Translations under genes and position numbers: made by a program
Shown here: positions 1 through 9,549 of the stretch, piece by piece
How the letters are laid out: each line of letters starts with the position of its first letter
Numbering within the stretch: the stretch's first letter is position 1
The notes under the pieces: generated by a model
The model's input: the letters and a program-made list of their open reading frames with translations, nothing else
Told to the model about the DNA's origin: nothing
Databases searched by the model: none
Assembly: GCA_023645945.1 (NCBI GenBank)
Contig: JALAIB010000100.1
Span: 1 to 32,542, forward strand
Direction of reading: 5' to 3'
DNA length: 32,542 nucleotides
DNA from: Diploschistes diacapsis
Taxonomy: Eukaryota

Positions 1-1200
1 CTTCCGTAGTGTTCGTTATGGGAATATTAGTTTCATTCGATGGCGTTATTGTTTTAAGTACGCGAAATGCGGATTTAATTATCGGTAACGATCGTTCGAT
101 TATATTATTAATAATATTTATTCTTAAAAATATTTAAATATTATAATCTTTATTTATACAAGATATACACGAGTAAAATCAAAATAGGTTTGGTCTCTGT
201 TAGAAAAGAAATATAATAGAAAAAAAATATGAAATAATTATAAATCTTAGACTATCTTTAGAAAAAAAATTCTTTAATAATAAAAATAACGAATATAAAT
301 TAATCCCGAATAATAATTAAAAATATTTATAAAAATGAATATATCTTTTTTTATAAAAATAAAATCGTGTTTATATATAATTAGCTCGCTCGCCGTTTAT
401 CGTAAATTTAACGAGCGGTACCTTCGAGGCTCGTCGCTTATAAGAATAAACGCGACCGTCGAGCGGTAGCGAAAGCTTGCTCGCCGCTCGCGAGAATAAG
501 CGCGAGCAGTAAGCGCATCACGTGACCCCTGGTCCCGTGACTGACCTATATATAAAGCTAGGACGTGCCAAGTCTGGTACTTGGATCGTAACATAACGAA
601 ATCTTACGTTTAATTAAAAAACGGGATAACGCAAACAAAAATCGAAAAGAAAGAAAGAACGTAAAAGCTCTTAAGAATCTAAATAAACGACGTACGGACG
701 ACGAGAATTCTGTTTTATACGCTAAAACAGACATGATTTATTAAAATAATTTTAATATAGACTATAATAAAAGTAATCCTCTACTATCAAAAGACGGCTA
801 TATATAAACATAAAAGAAAATTTTTATCGAATCCATAGACCTAAATATTATAAACCATTAAATACTACGACAGACACGAGCGATTACTGTCTTATTAAAA
901 AGACGCGTGAAAAAAGACCACAAGAACACACAATCGTAAAACAGTTGGTAATTCGTAGAGCGCTAGAAGTTGTGTTATTTCTATTAAAGAAAGCGTAGCG
1001 AGCATGTATGAGTAGGTAGATGAAAATGATCAAGACGTGATCAGAAAGCAGTCACAGAATAAATATGGGTCGCAAAACCCCTGCGTTCCAAACAAGATGT
1101 ATTACCTATCTTCTCGTTTACACTATACTAAATTAAGTAAGTTATTGCGACGTCTAATTGGACAAGGAAGGAACTTCCACTAGAAAGAAATTTAAATGCA
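1..1200. mobile_element. AT-rich, RIP-degraded repeat/transposon relic, with a possible LTR terminus at ~593
   Basis: Very AT-rich with many TpA and few CpA/TpG, while CpG survives. No credible ORF. The minus strand reads TGTTACGATCC... from 593, resembling fungal Gypsy LTR ends (TG...CA). The family cannot be identified. Confidence 0.55.
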
Positions 1201-1561
1201 TTTTCCGGTTCCATTTATTCGTTCGACGTCCTTCTCACCTCAAAAATCTTATATGAAAGCATAGGAATTTTTGTGTATTTCAGCCCCACGTGGAAGGTTT
1301 GGAGAAGACCATAAAAGGGAATCTAAAGGCGCTTCGTGGTTTGAGGTAAGACTTCCAAAATGGGCACTGGCATAAATATAGCTATGCATAACAAGTCGAC
1401 ATGGTTGATCGGTTGGTGCACAACCTCGGAGAACTCCAAGGCCGATGCACAAGCGCAAAGTAGCAAGACCGGCAAACAGCCCGAGGCTTCTCCACCACAA
1501 AGGTCAAAGATGTTGGGCAATTTCTATATATCTAATCTATGTGCGCCGCTCGACATTACAA

Positions 1562-2312
1562 TCAATCGGTTCTCGCTGGTATCAAGCTCCCGACAGGAAC
1601 AGTGAACCTCGTGATCCCTCCTCCCCAGAGCCCTGCAGTAGCGGCCCAGTAGACCAAGAAGGCCGTTATGAAACCCAGGCCTCTGCTGGCCAAGATGACT
1701 TGGTCGTTGCCAACCATCAGGCCAGATGCGAGAAGAAGGAACTCGAGGCTGACGCACGCGAGTGCAAGCAACAGAACCCAGGAGGAGCGGGTTGCGGCCA
1801 CGGTGAAGATGACGGCCAGGATGAAGAAGGGCCAGATGAAGAGAGCGAGGGCCTGGTCAAAGTCCGGCGTTGGCAGGTGCGTCGTGGGATCCGCGTAGGC
1901 GGCCAGGATGCCGGTGCCAGGGATGAATATCATGGCGTAGGCGACGTTGAAGGAGCCAAATGTAAGGAAGACTGTGTAACCAAACTAGGGATGTGGTCAG
2001 TGATGGACGGACAGCGAGCGCGGGCGGCCCCAAAGCTTCAGAACTCACCGTGTTCCCGCTGATGTACTCCATGATGCCGGAGATGTACTGGCAGATGCCG
2101 CCGAAGAAGATCAGGGGACCGAGCGCGACATTCGAGACCGAGACTCCTCTGGCGCCAACTCCGAACAGGGAGATCAGCATCAGACTCGTCGCAAAGGCAA
2201 AGAGACCCAGCGGGGCGGGATTCGCGAAGCGACGATGCACGGCTGGAAGCGCCGGCTGAGATTCGGTGCGGTCGAGCGCATGCTTCTCGTGTATGGAAGC
2301 AGAGGAGGACAT
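1562..2312 (-). CDS. GPR1/FUN34/YaaH (Ady2/AcpA-like) acetate transporter family protein, ~228 aa, 2 exons (2312-2049, 1984-1562)
   Basis: Signature FANPAPLGLFAFA, then GGICQYISGIMEYISGNT|FGYTVFLTFGSF across a 64-nt GTGAGT...CTGAC...CTAG intron (2048-1985). About 6 hydrophobic helices. Confidence 0.92.
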
Positions 2313-2925
2313 GATGCTGCAGATCTGCTGTGAATTACAAAAGGAAATCGGTACTTCCGGTCAGGGAAACATCGGTCGAGCCAACACAGACTTCAACAAA
2401 GGTACAAAGTCAGGAAGACTGCCTGGGGGAGTGACGAGGACTTAAGAAGACGTGGAAATGGAGCGCGTTCCAGATGTATTCCGGTTTGTGGTTTTCTGGA
2501 GGAGGGGGGGGAAAACATTGGACCAGCTCCACTTTGGGAAAGTCAATATTCTCGGCTTTGATTGGAGTATAAAGCGTCCAATACCGCAGGAGTACCCCGG
2601 ATGAGGACAGCTGATTGCTATCGCAAGCCGTGCGCAATGCATAGAGTAAGGAGTAAGTCGAGTTGAAACCAAAGTTCGGCAGGTCAAAGGAATGGACCTA
2701 GGCAAGCGAGGCACGGCACGGCTTGTGCTAGCGGCAGTAGCGTGTGATGTCGGCGTCGCGACGTCTATAACTACGTTGGATAAGGTCAAGCTTCCCAATA
2801 GTAACTGTTGGACATCTTTTCGGCTCGTTAGCACAGGACCCGGAGCCAGCTTTCCTGTTGCTGGCGCGGGCTGGGGGGTGGGGGGCTAGCAGTCGACGTT
2901 TCATTCGTTTCTATTCAAGCTAATT

Positions 2926-4288
2926 CTAATTTGTTGGACCCGCAACACTTGTTGTAATGGCTACGCTTCGCGTCTTTGAGCGCTCCTCGCAATCTCTGTC
3001 CAACGAGTTAGGTGCTCGAGATTCCGTTTGCTCGAGTTGTGTCTCGACCATGATCGACCGGAGTGGAATGGCGTTCGCACGGTTTTCGAAGGAGTCACCG
3101 GCCGTTGTAAGCGCAGTGCCCGGCATGGTTCCGTCCAATGCCGCCTTGGTCTCAAGAATCCGCTCGAAGCCATCCGGATCCATTTTCATCATGTGTGAGC
3201 GATGACGGGGCCCGAAGGCAGCAGAGCCTCCACTGGGTGGATTGGACTGTGACCGCACGCGGCCGGGGAAGAAGAGTCGGAGGAAAATCGGGCGACACTG
3301 AGGGAGATTGGCGCAGATGAGGCCGACTTCGACCTCGACGGTGCTCCAAACTCCTGCTTTGACGTTGGTCCCTGCACCGCGTTAGCGTTAGACCCGTCGT
3401 ACAATAAAAAATCCCGTACATGTGAAGTCGGTGGGTACGATCAGTTTGATGGCCAGCAACCTGAAAATGCTCGTGATGCATACACTACCCTCGTGAGCAG
3501 AGTGCAGCGAAGCGTAGTGGAAAGAAAAACCCACAAGCTACCCAGAAGGAAGAGGAAAGAAACCGCGAGCTTCTGGCTCCGGGATGTCTGGAGCTTCCAA
3601 ATCATGTGCATTGGAAGGGCAAGAACCAAGACGTCCCCGACGATGTTGAGGGAGCCTCCACTCATGTAGAAGGCGGACTGGTCGAAGCATCCGCCGGCCT
3701 GAGCAGGGTTCCAGAAGTAGCTCACCGGAGTGCACTGGAAGATGAAGGAGAAGACGAGCGCGGTGTGTGTTGCAATGACGAAGGCTCCGACGACGAAGAC
3801 CAAGCGCCGGAACTGCCGGTCGTTGTTGAATATTCGCCAGTACAGTAACAGAATCCCAATCTTCACGAGTGCGGTGTTGATGGCCCAAGAAAACATGAAC
3901 ACGAAGAGGTTCTGATCAACGGATCAGCGACAGGCGGCATCAAGGAACGTACACGCATACCAGGAGGAAGCTATGAAGCATGGCTGGGGGCACATCGGAC
4001 TGATGTTGCCCTGATCCGAAGCTCACGCCAAGGTAGTTGAGGATGCTCATTTCCACGCAAGCAAGCTGCAAGCGTAAGCTTCAGAATATGCAACTTTGTC
4101 GGCAGATATACCAAGACAAAGGCCATCCAGTAATCGTCGAGCCAGAGGCCCGACTTCATGACTTTCCGCGACACTATTCGAACCACGTAGGAGATGATGC
4201 ATAATGTAAGGAGAGTCGTGGTCACGCCGATGGTCATGTCCTGATTGATCTGAGCCTCGGGCGAATTTTGCAAGCCAGAAGAACTCAT
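2926..4288 (-). CDS. PTH11-like integral membrane protein (fungal rhodopsin domain, no CFEM), 5 exons
   Basis: Spliced product contains RIVSRKVMKSGLWLDDYW, GSGQH, LVKIGILLLYWRIF, IFQCTPVSYFW, DVLVLALPMHMIWKLQ..SQK, FVCITSIFRL and WSTVEVEVGLICANLP. Four canonical GT-AG introns were read by eye. Confidence 0.9.
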
Positions 4289-4510
4289 GATGCACGTAAC
4301 GAATGACGATTGAGAAGCATAGGATACACAGGGGCGCACACAAGGGAAAGTAAGTGCCCAGCAGAAATACGATCCTTTGTAGAAGAAATCAATGGCCGTG
4401 CTGGACGATTATGTTATATAACATAGAGCGAGATCAACCTTGTGCCGTGGAGAAGGACTAAGGAGTAATGTTTTTGGGGGACTGAGTGCAGACGGCCGTA
4501 GTAGTAGTAG

Positions 4511-4565
4511 CCCCATGAGCCCATGAGCCCCATGAGCCCCCATGAGTCCAATGAGCATCCCCATG
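4511..4565. repeat. Imperfect ~9-bp tandem repeat (CCCCATGAG)n, about 5-6 units
   Basis: Directly visible: ccccatgag cccatgag ccccatgag cccccatgag tccaatgag. Confidence 0.8.
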
Positions 4566-4693
4566 TTTTTGCCAATCAACGGTTTTCTGTCCGGCTCTTC
4601 CCGCATCCAGGAGCGATTTATTCAGACTACGGAACAAAGCCCCTCAGCTTCCCGCACGAGAAAACTTGGATATTGAATCTGGAAAAGCGCGTC

Positions 4694-4769
4694 ATACTGG
4701 AGCGATACTAGAGCGATACTAGAACGATACTAAAGTGATATTAAAACGACACTAGAGCGATACTAGAAG
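4694..4769. repeat. 11-bp minisatellite (ATACTAGAGCG)x~7
   Basis: Units: atactggagcg, atactagagcg, atactagaacg, atactaaagtg, atattaaaacg, acactagagcg, atactagaag. Confidence 0.85.
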
Positions 4770-5186
4770 GTGATTTTGTGGATTTTGCAAGGATATTTTA
4801 GGGGCAGGAAGACCTTCCTTCGGGTAAGCGTAGAGGGAAAAAATACCAAGGAAAAGAATCAAAGGGGAAGCAAGTCGAAACAGATGAAACACCAAAGACA
4901 AAAAGTCCACGTGGTTGGGTGGGGGCTGGGTGGGGGGTCGTCGTTGTGTGCGCGGGATTATTATTATCCACCACCTCCGTCATTCATTATTATTGTGTAC
5001 GACAGTCAGTCAGTGTGCGCAGGATTAACCAACGCTGGTAAATTAGGCCCTGTTTAGTGGTCAGCGTAGAGCATGTATAAAGCTTTTACGTAGATTGTAC
5101 GAGGTCATATAACAATCTACGCTTTTATTAAACGTTTTTTCCCGTAAAGCTCTTCCGTAAACATCGTAAAAACTTTACGACCTTTA

Positions 5187-5351
5187 ACGTGTTTCACCAC
5201 ACAACGGCCCACCCCACAAAGCGGCTCACAATCCCTGCACCTTCATAAAATGGTTATGGGGCTCAAAAGCTCGCTTAAAACTATCTAGCGCAATTACATT
5301 ATAATGTCGTGAGCCGCTTTGTGGTGTGATCCGTTATGTGGTGAAACACGT
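5187..5351. mobile_element. 165-bp MITE, Tc1/mariner-pogo (Fot1/Pot2/Tan1-like), non-autonomous
   Basis: 43-bp terminal inverted repeats starting ACGTGTTTCACCACA (39/43 identical). TA on both sides (5185-5186, 5352-5353). No coding capacity. Confidence 0.85.
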
Positions 5352-5569
5352 TATAGAACGCCCCTACAGGAAAGGATACTACACAACCAGGGGCCAAGCC
5401 TAATCTGGAAGGATCACGTGTAGCTTGGCATCTGTAGGCTGAATGGTTCAGATTCGAAAAGGTGCAGAACTAACTAGATAGGAAGTAGCGAGGTATAAAT
5501 ACTTCCCCAGGTCAGCCCTACAGCCATACGTGGTTCAACCCTTTAACCCACAAACGTTCAGGATGTTCC

Positions 5570-5800
5570 ACTTTACGATTATTAAAATCTACGTAAAGCT
5601 TATCGAAATCTCGAAAAGTATTAATAAATTTTTATATATTAATTTAAAATAAATCGAAATCTTACCGCCGCCGTTTTTATCGTTTATTTCCCTCTTTTAT
5701 TTAATTTTAATGGACGATTTTTAATTTAAATATCAAGAAAATAAAAATAAAATAATCGTTATTTCACTCGCTAATATTACGATAAATATTACGCCTGCGA
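5570..5800. mobile_element. Short AT-rich RIP-like relic
   Basis: Abrupt AT-rich patch, TpA-rich with residual C mostly in CpG. Same signature as 1-1200. Confidence 0.4.
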
Positions 5801-6076
5801 GGGCATCGTAAAGATGCCATCACGTATACGCAGAGAAGGCTGGAAAGGCTAGAAGGCTAGGCCGAGATTGGATTATTAAACCGAGGATGGTAAGCGCCAG
5901 CGTGATAGGGCTGGCTGCCAAACGCGCCACGTAGATGCGCTCTACCGTAGAGCAGCCTCCTTACAATAAAAACCCTTATAATCACCTCTCAGGAACTGGC
6001 ACTTGAAACCCCAACGCTCTCTCTCGCAGCTAGCCCAGGGTATACCCAAAAATCCCCGAAACCAGAGAAAATACAA

Positions 6077-6125
6077 GAATACGGAATACGGAATACGGAA
6101 TACTGAATACTGAATACTGAATACT
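6077..6125. repeat. 7-bp tandem repeat (GAATACG)3(GAATACT)4, just 3' of the reductase stop
   Basis: Directly visible. Confidence 0.9.
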
Positions 6126-6170
6126 GAAAAACCCTCCGCCCAAACGCTTGCCTCGCCAGCCTCACCAGCC

Positions 6171-8198
6171 TCACCATCCGTACTCCTCCGTCCACAGGTA
6201 GATGCCCTGCGCTCCGCTGCCTTTGTGAACTGCTCTTTCGTCCGATAGCCTCGTCACATAGGACCGAACATCTGCAGTGAGGTCCCTGCCTCCACAGGAT
6301 ATCACGGCAGTTTCGCCCCTCGCATTTTCCACCGCAGGTAAGATGACGCTGTCGAGAGAAGGGCGTGCCCCACACGAAATGTTGGCACAACCGCAGCTCC
6401 TTAGGGCGCACAGGCATTCCTTATTCTCCACCACCACCGACTGTACAACGCGAGGCCTTTCTGGGTCATAGTCCAAAGTCACAGAGTCGATCTTCTCGTT
6501 TGCATCGCCCTGTTGGCAGCACGATGCTGGAGCCTCCCAGATGGAGCTGTCGTCTACCTTGCAGCACTTGTCTGTGTCTGTGTCCGTGTCTGTGCCCGAG
6601 ACTGATATCTCGGTGACCAGGGGCTGACTTCCTTTGCCGCATGATTCTGGCGCAGAGATTTTCTGCTCTCGAGCACAGCAGCACGAGCACAACTCTGTTG
6701 CCCCGTCAGTGACTGCAACCTGAATGCACACCTTTGCGCCGTTGGCGGCAATCTCTTCGCTGGCCAAGATGAGTTGCTTCTGGAACCAAGTGACTTGATT
6801 TGGCTCGCGGCACACCCAGCAAAAAACCACGTTCTTTGCGCAGTATCTATTCTTGGCCATCTCTTGGAAGAGAGGGAGCGTGAAAGTCGCACCCGTTGAG
6901 TTGCAGATGAAGATGACCGTTTCGAACGACGACAGATTGGGAGGAATTCCCCACGGCCCACTGACGAAAGAGCGGTAGGGGCCCTTGTGAGCTGACTGGT
7001 ACAGTCGCCGCGAGAAGCCAGAGTGTGCTTTGATGTAGAGCGTCACGGTCATGTTGTCGTCGGGGGCATTGGCTATTGTGAAAGGATGCGCTTCTATGAG
7101 GCCGAGACGCGGGACCGTTAGGTAGAGGTGTTGCCCTGCCTTCCAACGGAAGCCGACGCGAGGGATGATGACCCTTGTGAAACTACCTGGCATGGCTTCG
7201 AGCGATGCCGAGTATCCAAACGTCCTGCCTCTCAAATTCTGGAATGCGTTCCATACGAACCTTCCAATTTGGTCAAACGCGACGAAAGCGACCGCCATCC
7301 AAATGTTGTAGGTTGCATACGCCGGCACATGCAGATACAGAAGCCACAGGAAGACACCGGCCGCCGCGAGATGCTGAAGGACCCAGAGTTCGTACCACAG
7401 GCTCCTAAAGAAGCCGAAACTGGACAGCACCATCCACCCGAGAACGCCCCAGGCGGCGAAGCCATATGTCACCATCGGCATCATCTGAATCTCCACGTTG
7501 ACGAAATCAGCAAGCGTCCATTCCGTAAAGAAGAAGGACCAGTGCACGATGACGGTCAGGAATATGGTCCTTGACGCCCAGCGATGGAACCAGTTCAGCC
7601 TTTCGTAAGAGATGCCGCTGAGCAGGGAAACGACGTTGAGCTTGCAGGCGAGGCAGAAGAGAAATGGAACCTGGGTGACGCTGACCCAAGCAGCCCGGAA
7701 GGCTACCTTCTCCCACTTGTATCCGTACAGGGGGTCGTCGGGCTGCAGCATGACGTTGGACCACAGCATCGATAGGATTATCAGCCAATAAGCCGCAATG
7801 ACGAGACAGCGACCGGCGGAAGGAGGCGTAAAGTGTCTGAATCGTCCTTTTAGCATCCAGGGCTGGCCATACGACATCTCGCGCAAGACCGCCGTCGCCG
7901 TGGCATGGGCCTGCGTGAGGTAGTTGTCTGGTTTTGAGGGAGTAGCATCTGGGCGGAGTCGAATCCTTCGGACACTGTACCGATCAGTTACCTTCACTGT
8001 TGTGGAAGTCCGAACGTACCTCCACCGCGCGACGAAGATTCTCAGGACTCTCAGGAGAGCAAGAAAGCCAACGAATGCTGCGACAATATACCATAAAGTT
8101 TGGGCTATCCCCATATTCTCAGGCGTGAAGAGTCCCGCTCCGTCGCTGTCCATACCGCTCATGCCCAGCCCACTCATATCCATGCCGTTCATGTCCAT
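6171..8198 (-). CDS. Ferric/cupric chelate reductase (FRE family, NOX-like flavocytochrome), ~660 aa, one probable 45-nt intron (8019-7975)
   Basis: Heme His pairs (NWFHRW...IVHW; LQHL...YLHV), GQH, FAD motif HPFTI, GPWG, STGATF and C-terminal EEYGW. The start is placed at MDMNGMDM rather than the upstream ATG at 8318. Confidence 0.93.
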   Translation of the reverse strand: MDMNGMDMSGLGMSGMDSDGAGLFTPENMGIAQTLWYIVAAFVGFLALLRVLRIFVARWRYVRTSTTVKVTDRYSVRRIRLRPDATPSKPDNYLTQAHATATAVLREMSYGQPWMLKGRFRHFTPPSAGRCLVIAAYWLIILSMLWSNVMLQPDDPLYGYKWEKVAFRAAWVSVTQVPFLFCLACKLNVVSLLSGISYERLNWFHRWASRTIFLTVIVHWSFFFTEWTLADFVNVEIQMMPMVTYGFAAWGVLGWMVLSSFGFFRSLWYELWVLQHLAAAGVFLWLLYLHVPAYATYNIWMAVAFVAFDQIGRFVWNAFQNLRGRTFGYSASLEAMPGSFTRVIIPRVGFRWKAGQHLYLTVPRLGLIEAHPFTIANAPDDNMTVTLYIKAHSGFSRRLYQSAHKGPYRSFVSGPWGIPPNLSSFETVIFICNSTGATFTLPLFQEMAKNRYCAKNVVFCWVCREPNQVTWFQKQLILASEEIAANGAKVCIQVAVTDGATELCSCCCAREQKISAPESCGKGSQPLVTEISVSGTDTDTDTDKCCKVDDSSIWEAPASCCQQGDANEKIDSVTLDYDPERPRVVQSVVVENKECLCALRSCGCANISCGARPSLDSVILPAVENARGETAVISCGGRDLTADVRSYVTRLSDERAVHKGSGAQGIYLWTEEYGW

Positions 8199-8343
8199 GG
8201 TTACAACAGAGAGGCCCAGCCTGATTGAAAAGATGAAGATACCGAGAAAGCGCAAGGGAGATAGCAAGACGGTTAGGAAGAGGTTGAAAGAAAATGAGCC
8301 AGAGGCGAGACCTACCATGCAGGAGCAGGATAAGGATTTACGT

Positions 8344-8690
8344 TGAGCACATATTTCCTGACTAATAGCTGCGACAGCTGATTTTGAGTCGTTGTTGCTG
8401 CGCAGATTTCAGCGATCGTGCATTCAATTACAACGTTGCCTAAGAAAACGAGTAGATGATACATGATGCACATATGTAGAGTTGGATGAGAGCGATTGCT
8501 GGTGTTTGAGCAAGTTTCAATTGGTCAGTGACAGTTCCAGTTCCTTTGACATGGGCGACCGAGACAAAGGCCTTTTTTCAATACACGCTATACCATATCC
8601 GGACAGTTTCTAGGGGCCGGAAGGAACTACTCTTCTCTCCTCGACATTCACTCATTTACCCAGCAAAACATGCTCGTTTTTGAGCATGTT
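8344..8690. promoter_or_regulatory. Putative copper-response (Mac1/Cuf1-type) elements in a divergent promoter
   Basis: TGTGCTCA on the minus strand (8344-8351), TTGCTCA on minus (8507-8513), TTTGCTG on minus (8661-8667), and the perfect inverted pair AACATGCTC-N6-GAGCATGTT (8667-8690). Confidence 0.5.
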
Positions 8691-8876
8691 AATCATCGAA
8701 GTTCCCCAGCCCCCATGTGTCGTTAACCCCTACCAAGCTCACCGTCGGAACGGTTACTTTAACTCTTGGTTTCCTCGACAAGTCTAACTAACTCCCCCCT
8801 CTTCTGCAACCAGGTTCACTAGGTACTTACATTATCCACCGCCAGTTACCTGAGACCCCCAACACAGCCTGCAAGC

Positions 8877-9549
8877 ATGTATCTCTCAACCGTCATAACC
8901 AGCCTGGCACTGGTCTGCCTGGGCTCCGCACACTTCCTGCTCAACTACCCGCCGACTCTCGGCTTCGACGACAGCACGGAAGGCAGTTCTCCCTGTGGCA
9001 ACGCGGCGATCAAATTCGGTGACAACGACACGGCCATCACCGTCGGTGGATTCCCTATTGCACTCCAGTCCACCCATCCGCAGGCACAGTGGTTATACCG
9101 TGCAACGCTGAGCCAACAGCAACCTTTCAACTGGACAAACATCGTCCCTGTCGTGCAGCAAAGCGGCCTGGGAGACTTTTGCCTGCCCGCCCTCTCACTA
9201 CCGAGCTCCTTTGCCAACCATTCGGGCCTTGTACAGGTTATCCAGAGTGCCGTTGATGGCCTACTCTACCAGGTAAGGTCCTGTTCTGCAGCTACCGTAC
9301 CTCTGCTGACCCAGCCAGTGCTCCGCTGTCAAGTTCGTTTCCGGGCCGAACAGCTCCGTCTCCGAAACCAGCTGTACGAATGCGACGGGGGTAACGGCCT
9401 CGCTGACGACCCAGTCAAACTTCACGAGCAGCGTTTCCGGATCCCCGTCTTCTGCGACCAGTAAGGCATTGGCAGCTCAAGCCACGGGAGGGAGCATTCT
9501 TGTAGCAGGTCTGGGTGCTGCTGCGTTGGCCGGATTAGCAGCTCTCTGA
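8877..9549 (+). CDS. GPI-anchored copper acquisition factor BIM1-like / X325 (LPMO-like His-brace) protein, 208 aa, 2 exons (8877-9272, 9319-9549)
   Basis: 18-aa signal peptide ending GSA, then mature N-terminal His (HFLLNYPPTLGFDD..GSSPCG), STHP, GLGDFCLP, and DGLLYQ|CSAVKF across a 46-nt intron. Followed by a Ser/Thr linker and a hydrophobic GPI-type tail (ILVAGLGAAALAGLAAL*). Confidence 0.88.

Noticed and set aside
1249..1560. Short ORFs next to the RIP block as a possible pseudogene
   Set aside because: No recognisable homology in any frame.
4694..4769. CRISPR-like appearance of short repeats
   Set aside because: Eukaryotic context, head-to-tail units with no spacers, and no cas genes.
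5543..5560. TTAACCC as a possible piggyBac end or telomeric seed
   Set aside because: No matching GGGTTAA end and no tandem telomere repeats were found.
8199..8318. 40-codon upstream in-frame extension of the reductase
   Set aside because: It reads like a pyrimidine-rich 5' UTR, and ATG 8198 has the better context (ACCATGG). Not fully excluded, since the extension is hydrophobic.
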